From the NCBI GenBank assembly GCA_026394495.1, contig JAPKYE010000028.1, positions 6,691-70,690 of the forward strand: DNA of 64,000 bases. The letters are read 5' to 3'. The position numbers and the translations under genes were made by a program. Below are positions 1-10,570 of this stretch, piece after piece. This DNA comes from Methanobacteriota archaeon (GTDB lineage: Archaea > Thermoplasmatota > E2 > DHVEG-1). Numbering within the stretch: the stretch's first letter is position 1; each line of letters begins with the position of its first letter. A model generated the notes under the pieces. The model was given only the letters and a program-made list of their open reading frames with translations, was not told the origin of the DNA and made no database searches.

Positions 1-5
1 TCTCG

Positions 6-1208
6 ATGAACATTATCTCGAACAACACTCTTTATGGCTTGTATCTCACTCAATGTACCAATAATACTATCTTTTATAACAACTTCATCAACAACACCCA
101 GAATGCCTATGATACAGGAAGCAACACATGGTACAATATCACGTTTCATGAGGGGAATTACTGGTCTAATTTTGATGAACCCTCAGAAGGTGCCTATGAC
201 AACGACAGCGACGGCATTATTGATACACCGTATACTATTGCTGGCGGGAACTACAAGGATTATTATCCATTGATCCGTCCATGGCCACAAATACCTGGTG
301 ATCTCGACCATGATGATGATATTGACCAAGATGATTTTGCAATATTCCAACAAGCGCTCGGTCACAGCTTTGACGATCCCTTGTATAACCCTGAAGCAGA
401 CTACAATAACAACGGGGTTGTAGACCTTGTTGATTATCAGATTTGGCTTTTATATTATCGTGACTTCGTTGCATCTCATACCGATATACTGATCAATGGA
501 ATCACTGCAAATTATATCACCGGTGACTCAACAAATTTTTCTGCAGAACACGACACCGCAACAAAAATAAAACTCACAGCGACCATCAAAAACAATGGAA
601 CCATTAATATCACGACACCATTCCAAGTCTCATTCTACGGTATCAACGAACAAGATGATGCACATGCTCGCCTTGTTAGGATTGGCACGGTAGAGATCAC
701 CCATCTATTAATCGGGAGAACCGCTGAGGCAACACTTTTATGGAGACCCCAACCAGAGATTCAAACCGTTCTTGCTATTGCTGACAGCAGCAGGATTATC
801 AAAGAAAACAATGAAAATAACAACGAAATGAGTATCAAACTACCAAGTTATCCCTTATGGAAATGCCTCACTGAAACCCAAGAGATATACAAGAAACTCA
901 ACGAACAATATAAAGTCCCAAGCTCAGAAAAGATCATCGCACTTACCGACGAAGCTGTCTCTTTAGAGGTATATGTCAACCCGCAAGAGTATTTGGAGGT
1001 TATGAAGGGGATTGCAGGACTTGAGTTTCAGGTTAGTGACGAACTGAAGGGACAGGTACATGATGATCTTCTCGAAAAATACCAGGAAATGGTAAAGCAA
1101 CTTCTTGATCGCATCGTAAGCAGCTCAGAGACATCATGGGATGACGCAGCAGCTGTCGCAGAACTCCAGGTTCAAATTTGTAAACATGTGAAACAGATGA
1201 TGACGTAA
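6..1208 (+). CDS. 5'-truncated secreted protein: parallel beta-helix (NosD-like) repeats + dockerin-like Asp-rich segment (DYNNNGVVDLVD) + C-terminal domain. ORF is open to the window start.
   Basis: Asn-rich repeats NNTIxxNxF typical of right-handed beta-helix; D-x-N-x-D-G-x-x-D calcium-loop-like dockerin motif; no stop upstream of the first Met. Confidence 0.55.
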   Translation: MNIISNNTLYGLYLTQCTNNTIFYNNFINNTQNAYDTGSNTWYNITFHEGNYWSNFDEPSEGAYDNDSDGIIDTPYTIAGGNYKDYYPLIRPWPQIPGDLDHDDDIDQDDFAIFQQALGHSFDDPLYNPEADYNNNGVVDLVDYQIWLLYYRDFVASHTDILINGITANYITGDSTNFSAEHDTATKIKLTATIKNNGTINITTPFQVSFYGINEQDDAHARLVRIGTVEITHLLIGRTAEATLLWRPQPEIQTVLAIADSSRIIKENNENNNEMSIKLPSYPLWKCLTETQEIYKKLNEQYKVPSSEKIIALTDEAVSLEVYVNPQEYLEVMKGIAGLEFQVSDELKGQVHDDLLEKYQEMVKQLLDRIVSSSETSWDDAAAVAELQVQICKHVKQMMT

Positions 1209-1928
1209 AAAAAACGCGTGTCTTCCATCTCCGTAGATGATACTTGATGCACATTACAGACATCCCCCATCATTCAACAAAAAAATATACATTGGAAAAA
1301 AAATTGTTTAGGCGGTACTCAAACAAAAAAAGAAACGGAAAAAATAGGGAAAGTAGGATACAAGAAAAAAATGAAAAACAATAACAGAATTTGACTATTT
1401 ACAGCTCCTTGGTAGCCACTTTCGGAAACATGGCGTTATTATGAGGTTGGATTTTTGAAGTAATTTTAGGCCATTTTAACATAAATTCTATAGTCTATAA
1501 TAAGGAGTAGAACTCATTTTATTTTGACATATCTGCATACCAATCACTAGTGAAAATTGTAGTGTAACATTTTACACCAGTTTTTTGCACTAGAACACAG
1601 GTCCATTTTTCAATCACTCGAAATGTAAGAGTACCTCATATAGAACATACAAAAAGATCTGGTGAAACAAGATGGAAATTCATAAGAAAAAATTCAACCC
1701 TTAAATGACGCCATATTTTCGGAAAACTGAGTCGGCAACAAGATTTATATACCATATCTGACATCCGCTATTTCTCTGTCCATACCAGACATGATCGGGC
1801 AATTCCTCTGAGAAACCCGGTATCAAACAACCACAAAAAGAATTTTTGGTTGTTTGTGAAATGTCACGGCTGAGACACAATAAGGAACGAAAATTCGTTC
1901 AAAAAAACAACCGACTAGAGGGTATGTT
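1209..1928 (+). promoter_or_regulatory. AT-rich leader/promoter region upstream of the ribosomal protein operon
   Basis: 720-bp non-coding AT-rich stretch immediately upstream of rpl3; TATA-like tracts present. Confidence 0.3.
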
Positions 1929-2921
1929 ATGCCGGATATACATCGTCCACAACCAGGTTCACATGGCTATTCGCCAAGGAAAAGAGCAGGACCACGAGCA
2001 CCGCGTATACGCAGTTGGTCAGAAGGCGGGGATAAACCAAAAATCCAAGGTTTCCTTGGATATAAAGCAGGGATGACCCATGCATTAATTGTTGACTATC
2101 GACCAACGTCAACGACGTCGGGGCGAGAAGTTCGAATGCCTGTTACTATAATTGAGGCGCCGCCAGTTAAAATTGCGGCAGTCCGTATTTACAAACGAAA
2201 CTGCTATGGTTTACAAACTGCTGGCGAAATCTGGGCGGAAAAACTTGATCCCGAACTTGCCAAACGAGTTACACTAATAAAGAAAAAACCAGAATATAAC
2301 TGGGATATCGCAAAAGATGCAGAAGAGCTTCGTGCGGTTGTGTACACTCAACCAAAACTCATCAGCAGCGTCCCAAAGAAAATCCCTGATGTGCGGGAGA
2401 TGAGAATCAGCGGAGGAAGCTTAGATGAGCAGATTGCATATGCAAAAACGATCCTTGGAAAAGAGATCACCATTGCGGATACAGTGAAAGAAGGAGATAT
2501 GCTTGACGTTGTTGCTATCACAAAAGGAAAAGGATTTCAAGGAGTTGTAAAAAGATTTGGTGTTAAACTATTATTTCATAAAAACTCAAAACACAGACGT
2601 ATGATTGGTACAGCAGGATCCTGGCATCCAAACTGGGTGCAATCAACTGTTCCCCAAGCAGGACAAGTCGGATACCATCAGAGAACCGAGTACAACAAAC
2701 GAGTACTGAAAATAGGGGAGAAAGGCGAAGAGGTCACACCAGCAGGAGGCTTTCCCAACTACGGTGTGGTACATAACTCTTACATTGTGTTCCATGGATC
2801 AATCCCGGGTCCAGCGAAACGACTGATTAGTATGAGAGACGCTGTACGGTACAAACGTGGTGTCGATGTGAAGAAACCAGAAATCACATATATATCTACT
2901 ATGAGCAAACAAGGTGTGTAA
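1929..2921 (+). CDS. rpl3: 50S ribosomal protein uL3
   Basis: N-terminus MPDIHRPQPGSHGYSPRKRA plus conserved L3 core; first gene of the operon. Confidence 0.92.
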   Translation: MPDIHRPQPGSHGYSPRKRAGPRAPRIRSWSEGGDKPKIQGFLGYKAGMTHALIVDYRPTSTTSGREVRMPVTIIEAPPVKIAAVRIYKRNCYGLQTAGEIWAEKLDPELAKRVTLIKKKPEYNWDIAKDAEELRAVVYTQPKLISSVPKKIPDVREMRISGGSLDEQIAYAKTILGKEITIADTVKEGDMLDVVAITKGKGFQGVVKRFGVKLLFHKNSKHRRMIGTAGSWHPNWVQSTVPQAGQVGYHQRTEYNKRVLKIGEKGEEVTPAGGFPNYGVVHNSYIVFHGSIPGPAKRLISMRDAVRYKRGVDVKKPEITYISTMSKQGV

Positions 2922-2923
2922 CC

Positions 2924-3685
2924 ATGACGAAAGTAAATGTGTATGGGCTAGATGGCTCAGTGAAAGAAAAAATCGATTTACCGCATGTGTTTCATACACC
3001 ATATCGACCAGATATCATCAGTAAAAACGTCAATGCAATTCATTCCAACAAACGACAACCCTACGGCTGTGATCCATTTGCAGGGACCAAACATTCAGTC
3101 GCCTCAGTAGGAAAAGGCAGAGGGATGTCTCGAGTCCCAAGACTTGCCCAAGGCCGTGTTGCAGCACTTGCACCATGTGTCGTTGGTGGCAGACGGGCAC
3201 ATCCACCAAAAGTTGAGCGGAACTGGCACGAAAAAATAAACAAAAAAGAAAAGAAACTCGCAAGAAACTCAGCTCTTGCCGCTACAGCAGATAAAGAGCT
3301 TGTTTCGAAACGTGGACATAAATTCGATGAAAACGTAACCCTTCCCATTATTGTTGATGATTCATTTGAGAATCTGAAAAAAACAAAGGACGTCATCGAT
3401 GTGCTCCAGAAAATCGGTATCTACGATGATGTTGTACGAGCGACGAATGGGAAACACATTCGCGCAGGACGCGGGAAGTCACGAGGGCGAAAATACCGTA
3501 TCCCTAGATCCATTTTGATTATTTCAGCAAAAAACGATATCGTAAAAAGCTCGGAGAATCTAACCGGCGTCGAATTAACCGACCCAAAAAACCTGAACGT
3601 TGAAAACCTTGCACCAGGTGGTATCGCTGGGCGGTTAACCATAATGACTCAATCTGCGCTAAAACAACTAGGGGGTGCAAAATAA
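2924..3685 (+). CDS. rpl4: 50S ribosomal protein uL4
   Basis: L4 family sequence; position after L3. Confidence 0.9.
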   Translation: MTKVNVYGLDGSVKEKIDLPHVFHTPYRPDIISKNVNAIHSNKRQPYGCDPFAGTKHSVASVGKGRGMSRVPRLAQGRVAALAPCVVGGRRAHPPKVERNWHEKINKKEKKLARNSALAATADKELVSKRGHKFDENVTLPIIVDDSFENLKKTKDVIDVLQKIGIYDDVVRATNGKHIRAGRGKSRGRKYRIPRSILIISAKNDIVKSSENLTGVELTDPKNLNVENLAPGGIAGRLTIMTQSALKQLGGAK

Positions 3686-3942
3686 TGGATCCATATGCTA
3701 TTATCATTCACCCGTTTGTCACTGAAAAAACAATGAACCAGATGGAGAAAAACAATACTCTTGAGTTCGTTGTACGACGCACCTCAAACAAAAAACAAAT
3801 AAAAAATGCTATTGAAAAAATGTTCGATGTCAAAATAAAAGACGTACGTACGAAGATTGCGAAAGATGGAAAACACGCGCTCGTCACCTTTATGCCTGAG
3901 TTTAAGGCAGAAGATGTCGGTATGCGGATAGGTATATTCTAA
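3685..3942 (+). CDS. rpl23: 50S ribosomal protein uL23
   Basis: MDPYAIIIHPFVTEKTM motif; ATGA overlap with rpl4. Confidence 0.9.
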   Translation: MDPYAIIIHPFVTEKTMNQMEKNNTLEFVVRRTSNKKQIKNAIEKMFDVKIKDVRTKIAKDGKHALVTFMPEFKAEDVGMRIGIF

Positions 3943-3952
3943 GGTGGAATCT

Positions 3953-4657
3953 ATGGGAAAGCGTTTAATCCAACAAAGACGAGGACGGTTTCAAGGACGA
4001 TTCAACGTTCCGTCTCATAAATTTAGAGGAAATGTTACATATATTAACGACCGAGAGACAAAAGGAATCGTGGAAGAACTCATTCATGATCCTGGCCGAT
4101 CGACTCCACTTGCACGAGTGAAACTCGAAAACAACAAAAAAATATTGATGCTTGCAGGCGAAGGAATGCTTGTCGGCCAAGAAATAAAATTTACGCAGAA
4201 CAAAGAAATAAACGCAGGAAACGTACTCTCAATTGGTCTTGTACCTGAAGGATACCCGATATATAATATAGAACTTGTCCCAGGCGATGGCGGTAAATTT
4301 GTTCGTGCTGCAGGAAGCAACGCATACATCGTATCCCATGAAAACAAGAAAACAACGATACGTCTTCCCTCTGGTCAGTTTAAAACAATTGATTCCTTAT
4401 GCCGTGCAACAATTGGGTTGCCTGGTGGCGGAGGACGAAAAGATAAACCATTTATGAAAGCAGGAAAGAAATACTTCCAATATCGCAGAAAAGGAAAACA
4501 ATACCCTGTGGTCCGAGGAGTCGCAATGAACCCTGTGGATCACCCCCATGGTGGAGGAAGTCATCAACATGTCGGGAAACCAAGTACGGTTTCTCGTGGT
4601 GCACCGCCTGGACGAAAAGTAGGTAACATTGCCGCGAAACGAACGGGACGGAGGTAA
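3953..4657 (+). CDS. rpl2: 50S ribosomal protein uL2
   Basis: MGKRLIQQRRGRF...HPHGGG; AAGGTGG RBS places the start at ATG 3953 rather than GTG 3944. Confidence 0.9.
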   Translation: MGKRLIQQRRGRFQGRFNVPSHKFRGNVTYINDRETKGIVEELIHDPGRSTPLARVKLENNKKILMLAGEGMLVGQEIKFTQNKEINAGNVLSIGLVPEGYPIYNIELVPGDGGKFVRAAGSNAYIVSHENKKTTIRLPSGQFKTIDSLCRATIGLPGGGGRKDKPFMKAGKKYFQYRRKGKQYPVVRGVAMNPVDHPHGGGSHQHVGKPSTVSRGAPPGRKVGNIAAKRTGRR

Positions 4658-4662
4658 AGTGC

Positions 4663-5115
4663 ATGGCTGAAGATTTCAGAGAATCCATAAAAAGCAGACG
4701 GAAACGTGAACGGAAAAAGATAGAAATCAGGAAAAAAGAGTTCCATTACCATGGCTACACATTAGAGAACCTGCAGAGCATGTCTATCGACGAACTCATA
4801 CCAATTCTGCCATCACGAGCACGACGCACATTAACGAGAGGATTAACGCAAATACAGATGAAATTCATGGAAGATATGAAAACAGCGCAGAAAGGAGACA
4901 TCATTCGAACCCATCTGCGAGATATGCTTATTCTCCCAAGTTTCGTTGGTCATAAAATTGATATTTACAACGGAAAAGAATTCCAACGGGCTGAAATTCA
5001 ACCTCAGATGATAGGACATTACCTCGGAGAATTTTCACTCACCAGAAAACGAGTAAAACACACTGGTCCTGGTGTCGGTGCAACCCGAGGATCGAAATTT
5101 ATGCCATTGAAGTGA
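4663..5115 (+). CDS. rps19: 30S ribosomal protein uS19
   Basis: Conserved S19 C-terminal core (GHKIDIYNGKEF...). Confidence 0.9.
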   Translation: MAEDFRESIKSRRKRERKKIEIRKKEFHYHGYTLENLQSMSIDELIPILPSRARRTLTRGLTQIQMKFMEDMKTAQKGDIIRTHLRDMLILPSFVGHKIDIYNGKEFQRAEIQPQMIGHYLGEFSLTRKRVKHTGPGVGATRGSKFMPLK

Positions 5116-5122
5116 TGAGACT

Positions 5123-5569
5123 ATGCGGAAATATTCAACTGAGAAAGACTCTGAAAAAAGCGCAAAAGCCTATGGGTATGAGCTGCATTGCTCACCAAAA
5201 GATTCCGTGAACCTTGCCTATGCGTTACGAGGCCTGAAGCTTGAACATGCAAAAAAATATCTTGAGGAGGTCATCGCATTGAAACGGGCGCTCCCTGCCG
5301 TATACCATAAAAAGAAGGTTCATCATCAGACAGGAATGGGCCCAGGGAGTTTTCCGAGGAAAGCAGCCGCGTATATGTTAAAAATCCTAAAAAACGCGGA
5401 GAACAACGCAGAATACAAAGGATACGATACAGAAAACATGACGATCACCCATATCTGTGCATATCGCGGCCGGGAAATCCACGCGATGATGCCACGTGCA
5501 CATGGCCGATCAACAGATAGCAACGAACAAACCACAAATGTTGAAATCATCCTTGAAGAGGCGGAATAA
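5123..5569 (+). CDS. rpl22: 50S ribosomal protein uL22
   Basis: L22 family; operon position. Confidence 0.88.
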   Translation: MRKYSTEKDSEKSAKAYGYELHCSPKDSVNLAYALRGLKLEHAKKYLEEVIALKRALPAVYHKKKVHHQTGMGPGSFPRKAAAYMLKILKNAENNAEYKGYDTENMTITHICAYRGREIHAMMPRAHGRSTDSNEQTTNVEIILEEAE

Positions 5570-6457
5570 ATGGCAAATGAACGCAAGTTTATCAGAGAGA
5601 ATTCAAAACGATCGCTCATCAAAAAATACCTTGTCAGTCAGATAGAAGGTGCTGGTTTTGGCGGGATGAGTATTCAAAGAACACCCATTGGCACCCGTAT
5701 CAACCTTCTCGTTGAACGACCAGGAATGGTTATCGGAAAAAGCGGAATAAAAATTAAGGAGCTAACAGAGAACATTAAAACTCGGTTTAACGTCGACAAC
5801 CCGCAGATAGAAATCCAAGAGGCAGGCTCAAGTGCATCATTGAATGCTCAGATCATGTCAGAGAAACTTGCGGAGGCACTCGAACGAGGATGGCATTTCA
5901 GACGAGCAGGACATTCCACAGTACGACGAATCATGCAATCAGGGGCAAAAGGATGTCAAGTTATCATCTCAGGGAAATTAACCGGCGAACGTCATCGAAC
6001 AGAAAAATTTACAGAAGGCCATGTGAAATACTGCGGTGAAACCGCGTTACAAGTCATGGATATTGGGTTCTCAGCAGCGAAACTAAAACCAGGAATCCTG
6101 GGTGTGAAAATCCGGATTATGAGACCTGATGCGAAACTTCCTGATGAGGTTATAATAAAAAAACCAGGGGAACAAGCAACAGTAACTGCTGAAACAAAAC
6201 CTGTGGAGAAAAAAGAACCTGAAAAACCAATCGAAGCAGCTATAGGTGAAGAAAAAATCACACCCATCAAAAAAATCATAGAAATCCCAGGTGTTGGACC
6301 ATCGCTTTTAAAGAAACTGGAGAAAGCAGGGATCAAATCCGTCGAAGAACTATTCGAGATGGATATGGATGATATCCTCGCAATCGAAGGCATCGGCAAG
6401 AAAACCGCAGAAAACTTGATTAAAAACGTAAAAAAAGCACTGGAAGAAGGCGAGTAA
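5570..6457 (+). CDS. rps3: 30S ribosomal protein uS3 with C-terminal Lys/Glu-rich linker and helix-hairpin-helix module
   Basis: KH-domain S3 core; C-terminus IPGVGPSLLKKLEKAGIKSVEEL...IEGIGKKTAENL is a tandem HhH pair. Confidence 0.9.
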   Translation: MANERKFIRENSKRSLIKKYLVSQIEGAGFGGMSIQRTPIGTRINLLVERPGMVIGKSGIKIKELTENIKTRFNVDNPQIEIQEAGSSASLNAQIMSEKLAEALERGWHFRRAGHSTVRRIMQSGAKGCQVIISGKLTGERHRTEKFTEGHVKYCGETALQVMDIGFSAAKLKPGILGVKIRIMRPDAKLPDEVIIKKPGEQATVTAETKPVEKKEPEKPIEAAIGEEKITPIKKIIEIPGVGPSLLKKLEKAGIKSVEELFEMDMDDILAIEGIGKKTAENLIKNVKKALEEGE

Positions 6458-6664
6458 ATGGTTCTGAAAGTAAAAGAAATCAGAGACTTTAATACTGAGG
6501 AACGAAAAACAAAACTCAGAGAATTGAAAGAAGAACTTATGCATGAGCGAGGAGTCGCAGCAATGGGTGGATCACCGCCATCACCAGGGAAGATCAGGCA
6601 GATCCGCATGGCCATAGCAAAGATCCTTACCATCATGCGGGAGAAAGGAGAACCAAATGAGTGA
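6458..6664 (+). CDS. rpl29: 50S ribosomal protein uL29
   Basis: L29 family; ATGA overlap with rps3. Confidence 0.88.
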   Translation: MVLKVKEIRDFNTEERKTKLRELKEELMHERGVAAMGGSPPSPGKIRQIRMAIAKILTIMREKGEPNE

Positions 6665-6956
6665 AATCTGTCCGAAATGTGGTCTGCCAACGGAAATATG
6701 TGTCTGCGAAGACATCGCACGTGAACATCAGAAAATCACGATCGCGGTCGACCAGCGCCGGTACGGGAAAATGATGACTGTTGTTGACGGCATCAACCCA
6801 CATGGACTCGATATGAATGCGCTAATCAGCAATCTGAAGTCCATCTGCGCCTGTGGCGGTACAATCAAAGAAGGAAAAATAGAGCTCCAAGGAGACCACC
6901 GAACAAAAGTCAAAGAGACTCTTGAGAAAATGGGTTTCATCGTCGAATCAGGATAA
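6657..6956 (+). CDS. Translation initiation factor aSUI1 (eIF1 homolog) with N-terminal CPxCG zinc ribbon
   Basis: SUI1 domain (...[16 protein letters not shown]...), N-terminal CPKCG...CVC. Confidence 0.85.
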   Translation: MSEICPKCGLPTEICVCEDIAREHQKITIAVDQRRYGKMMTVVDGINPHGLDMNALISNLKSICACGGTIKEGKIELQGDHRTKVKETLEKMGFIVESG

Positions 6957-7015
6957 CCAAAAAGAACACTTCACCAAATCTTGTGAGGTGATGATATACG
7001 CAACATAATACACCA

Positions 7016-7264
7016 ATTGAAAAAGATGAGATCATCGGACGAAACATCATCATAATCACCTGTACCGATCCAACATGGAATGGTGTCAAAGGACTCGTCC
7101 TTGATGAGACCAAATACACCTTTCTCATCGAGAAAGGAACACAACAAAAACGCATAGCAAAAAAAACTGCAACATTTGCATTTGATCAAAACGGCGAAAC
7201 AATAACCGTTGAAGGAAAACGATTAACATATCGACCTGAAGAAAGAATTAAGAAAGCAAGGTGA
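7016..7264 (+). CDS. rnp1: RNase P protein component 1 (Rpp29/Pop4); start codon unclear (no in-frame ATG/GTG/TTG)
   Basis: Frame-2 translation ...[36 protein letters not shown]...ATFAFDQNG matches Rpp29 and sits at the canonical L29-to-S17 position; stop overlaps the rps17 GTG start. Confidence 0.6.
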   Translation: MEKDEIIGRNIIIITCTDPTWNGVKGLVLDETKYTFLIEKGTQQKRIAKKTATFAFDQNGETITVEGKRLTYRPEERIKKAR

Positions 7265-7620
7265 AAAACGTGGCACAAAAGAAAGAAGCAAGAAACATAG
7301 GAGTAAATGTCGCACCTCCCACAGAGATGTGCACAGATCCATACTGTCCGTTTCATGGAACCCTTCCCGTTCGAGGACAAATCATCATTGGAACCGTTGT
7401 TTCCACGAAGATGCATAACTCGATAACGGTCAAAAAAGAGTACCTTTGGTTTGTTCCAAAATATGAGCGGTATGAGAAACGAACATCAAAATATCATGCC
7501 CATTGCCCACCCTGCATCAAAGTGAAAAGCGGGGACACCGTGAAAATTGCAGAATGCAGACCATTGAGTAAAACCATTTCTTTTGTTACGATTGAACAAG
7601 TTAAGGAGAAATTGCTATGA
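7261..7620 (+). CDS. rps17: 30S ribosomal protein uS17
   Basis: S17 family; GTG start. Confidence 0.88.
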   Translation: MKNVAQKKEARNIGVNVAPPTEMCTDPYCPFHGTLPVRGQIIIGTVVSTKMHNSITVKKEYLWFVPKYERYEKRTSKYHAHCPPCIKVKSGDTVKIAECRPLSKTISFVTIEQVKEKLL

Positions 7621-8015
7621 AGGGGATTGCAGGCAGAGTCATGAGAGGATTGCCCATCGGTGCACGGTTAACCTGTGTTGATAACACCGGTGCGAAAATT
7701 GTTCAGATTATTATGACGCCAAACATCAGAGGACGTCATCGACGACTGCAGAGTGCAGGCGTTGGTGATCTTGTGATCATCAGTGTAAAAAAAGGTGCAA
7801 ACGAGATGCGACGGCAGATGCTGAAAGCAGTCGTTATCCGTCAGCGACGACCCTTTAGAAGACCCGATGGGACCATGGTACAGTTTGAGGATAATGCAGC
7901 GGTGATCATCACAGAAACCGGTGAGACAAAAGGAACCATGATCAAAGGACCTGTTGCACTTGAGGCAGCGGAACGATATCCAAAGATCGCGGCGTTAGCA
8001 CCAATAATCGTATAG
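7617..8015 (+). CDS. rpl14: 50S ribosomal protein uL14
   Basis: ...[12 protein letters not shown]... L14 signature. Confidence 0.92.
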   Translation: MKGIAGRVMRGLPIGARLTCVDNTGAKIVQIIMTPNIRGRHRRLQSAGVGDLVIISVKKGANEMRRQMLKAVVIRQRRPFRRPDGTMVQFEDNAAVIITETGETKGTMIKGPVALEAAERYPKIAALAPIIV

Positions 8016-8025
8016 AGTGATAATT

Positions 8026-8697
8026 ATGATAACATCAAAAAAAGCACGGAAACAACGAAAATATCTTTACAATGCGCCCCTTCATAAGAAACGGAAGTGG
8101 ATTGCATCACATCTTGAAGAAAATTTATTGTTAAAATATGATCGACGAAGCATCCCTGTCATCAAAGGAGACACGGTTAAAGTGATGCGAGGAAACTTCA
8201 AAGGGCATGAGGATAAAATCTCCCATGTGAATGTAAAGAAGCAGATCGTGGAGATCGAAGGGCTCACCATGATTAAAGCAGATGGAAAAAAGATAGCAAA
8301 ACCGATTCACCCAAGTAACGTGCTCATCATAAAATTGAATCTTACTGATTCCTGGCGAAGAGGTATTCTGGAACGAGGTCTTTCTGAAGAAGCAAAGAAA
8401 GAAATCGAACGTGAAGCAAAAGAACAAATTCGCGAACAAGAAATTGCAAAAAAGAAAGCTGAAGAAGACGCAAAGAAAGAAGAAGAACGCATAAAAGCAG
8501 AAGAATCAGAAGAAAAGAAAGAAACAGAACCCGAGACAAAAGCAACGGAACAACCATCTGCAGAGCCAGAGATACAAGAAGAAAAACCTATTGAGGAAAT
8601 CAAAACAGAACCTGCCATAGAGCCAGAAGAGAAAAAAACAAAGAAGATGCCAGCGAAAAAAACCGTTCCGAAGAAGAAAAAGGAGGCTGAACCATGA
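8026..8697 (+). CDS. rpl24: 50S ribosomal protein uL24 with ~100-aa Lys/Glu-rich C-terminal extension
   Basis: KOW-domain L24 core (MITSKKARKQRK...); tail is K/E low complexity; ATG 8026 preferred over GTG 8017. Confidence 0.85.
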   Translation: MITSKKARKQRKYLYNAPLHKKRKWIASHLEENLLLKYDRRSIPVIKGDTVKVMRGNFKGHEDKISHVNVKKQIVEIEGLTMIKADGKKIAKPIHPSNVLIIKLNLTDSWRRGILERGLSEEAKKEIEREAKEQIREQEIAKKKAEEDAKKEEERIKAEESEEKKETEPETKATEQPSAEPEIQEEKPIEEIKTEPAIEPEEKKTKKMPAKKTVPKKKKEAEP

Positions 8698-9410
8698 GTA
8701 AACACTTAAAAAGACTTGCCGCACCACGAACCGTTCGACTCCATCGAAAAGAACGCGTCTGGACGACAAAACCATCGCCAGGTCCACATACGATAGAAAA
8801 ATCCATTGCCTTGCTCACGATCGTGCGAGATTACCTGCACCTTTGTGACCTTGGAAAAGAAGCGAAACGCATCATTTCATCTGGAGAAATCATTGTAGAT
8901 GGAGCTGCTAGGAAAGATCACCACTACCCCTGCGGGTTCATGGATGTTCTCTCAATTCCCAAGATTGAAAAGAACTATCGTATCCTTTATGACCGAAAAG
9001 GAAAACTCACGCTCGTACCCATCGAAAAACAAGATGCATCGTGGAAGCTTTGCCGTGTAGAAAACAAAACCATTGTCCGAGAGAAAAAAATCCAATTGAA
9101 TCTTCATGATGGACGCAACATGCTAGTGGAAAAAAACGAGTATAACACCGGAGATGTATTGAAACTCTCATTTGCAGATAACAAGATACTAGATGTCTAC
9201 CCCTTCAGCAAAGGTACAGTTGCTATGATCATCGGCGGAAGTCACATCGGCCAAACCGCAGGTATCGAAGATGTGGAAATCATCGTCTCATCAAAACCAA
9301 ACCTTGCTAAAATGAAGGCTGAAACAGAATTTTCTACGATAAAAAACCATGTGTTCCCCATCGGGAAAAACACACCAGCAGTTCCGTTGCCTGAGGTGAA
9401 AATGTTATGA
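8694..9410 (+). CDS. rps4e: 30S ribosomal protein eS4
   Basis: MSKHLKRLAAPRT... S4e family. Confidence 0.9.
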   Translation: MSKHLKRLAAPRTVRLHRKERVWTTKPSPGPHTIEKSIALLTIVRDYLHLCDLGKEAKRIISSGEIIVDGAARKDHHYPCGFMDVLSIPKIEKNYRILYDRKGKLTLVPIEKQDASWKLCRVENKTIVREKKIQLNLHDGRNMLVEKNEYNTGDVLKLSFADNKILDVYPFSKGTVAMIIGGSHIGQTAGIEDVEIIVSSKPNLAKMKAETEFSTIKNHVFPIGKNTPAVPLPEVKML

Positions 9411-10000
9411 GTCCCGCCGCAAAAAAAACAAAGAAACCAGCCGTGAAAACAGCGACGCATCATAAAAAAATAAAAGGAAAGAAAATATCTAAGAAACCTG
9501 GATTCACACCCTATATTGAAAAAGTAACAGTGAACATCGGCGTCGGAGAATCAGGAGAAAAACTCGCGAAAGCACAAACCGTGCTCACAGGAATAGCCAA
9601 ACAAAAACCAGTCCAAACCATTTCAAAAACTACGAGCAAAGACTGGGGGCTTCGTGACGGTATGCCGATCGGCTGTAAAGTAACACTTCGTGGAAAAAAG
9701 GCCCATGATTTAATCGTCGAAGCGTTAAAAACACGAGATAACAAAATTTCAGATTACTCCTTTGACGGCCAAGGTAATTTCTCATTTGGGATCCCAGATC
9801 ATACCTCACTTAAAGATCAGAAATACGACCCGAACATCGGGATCTTTGGCATGGATATATCAGTCACCATGCAGAAACCCGGATATCGAATCAGACGACG
9901 AAGAATCGATCAGCGCAAGATCAGACAGAGCCAACACATCACTGAAGAAGAAACAAAAGAATATCTCATAAAAGAATTCCATGTGGAGGTTGTCGAATGA
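9407..10000 (+). CDS. rpl5: 50S ribosomal protein uL5
   Basis: L5 family; operon order. Confidence 0.88.
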   Translation: MSPAAKKTKKPAVKTATHHKKIKGKKISKKPGFTPYIEKVTVNIGVGESGEKLAKAQTVLTGIAKQKPVQTISKTTSKDWGLRDGMPIGCKVTLRGKKAHDLIVEALKTRDNKISDYSFDGQGNFSFGIPDHTSLKDQKYDPNIGIFGMDISVTMQKPGYRIRRRRIDQRKIRQSQHITEEETKEYLIKEFHVEVVE

Positions 10001-10152
10001 GACTGAAAATACGAAAGAAGATGTACGGCCGCAAGATAGGCTGTGAACAATGCGGCAGGAAACGAGGCCTCATTCGAAGATACGGGCTTCATCTTTGCAG
10101 ACAATGTTTCCGTGACAAAGCAGTAGAAATAGGATTCAAAAAATACGACTAA
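9997..10152 (+). CDS. rps14: 30S ribosomal protein uS14 (type Z, zinc-binding), 51 aa; absent from the ORF table because it is <60 aa
   Basis: [51 protein letters not shown]; CxxC...CxxC; ATGA overlap with rpl5. Confidence 0.85.
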   Translation: MRLKIRKKMYGRKIGCEQCGRKRGLIRRYGLHLCRQCFRDKAVEIGFKKYD

Positions 10153-10167
10153 AGGAGTCAAAAAACT

Positions 10168-10557
10168 ATGTTAAACGACCCATTGGCAGATGCATTATCC
10201 CTCATAAGAAACGCTGAACAGAAAGGAAAAGGGGACTGTACGATATGTCCTTCATCCAAACTCATCGGCGGTGTGTTATCCTTACTCAAAGAAAAAGGAT
10301 ACATCGGGAGCTTTGAGCATGTAGAAGATGGCAAAGCAGGGATGTTTCACGTTCAACTCATTGGAAACATCAACGACTGCTGCGTCATTAAACCCAGATA
10401 TCCGATTAAACGAGATGAACTGGAGAAATGGGAAGCACGATACCTTCCTGCACGAGAGTTTGGGTTACTGATCATCACCACCACGAGTGGTGTTATATCC
10501 AACGCTGATGCAAAACAACTTGGAGTTGGTGGAAAACTTCTCGCATATGTGTACTAA
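10168..10557 (+). CDS. rps8: 30S ribosomal protein uS8
   Basis: MLNDPLADALSLIRNAEQ... S8 signature. Confidence 0.9.
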   Translation: MLNDPLADALSLIRNAEQKGKGDCTICPSSKLIGGVLSLLKEKGYIGSFEHVEDGKAGMFHVQLIGNINDCCVIKPRYPIKRDELEKWEARYLPAREFGLLIITTTSGVISNADAKQLGVGGKLLAYVY

Positions 10558-10570
10558 AGGTGATTAACGT

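Noticed and set aside
5992-6720. 242-aa minus-strand ORF antisense to rps3/rpl29
   Set aside because: Lies entirely inside highly conserved ribosomal protein genes; Ser/Phe-rich low-complexity translation; shadow ORF.
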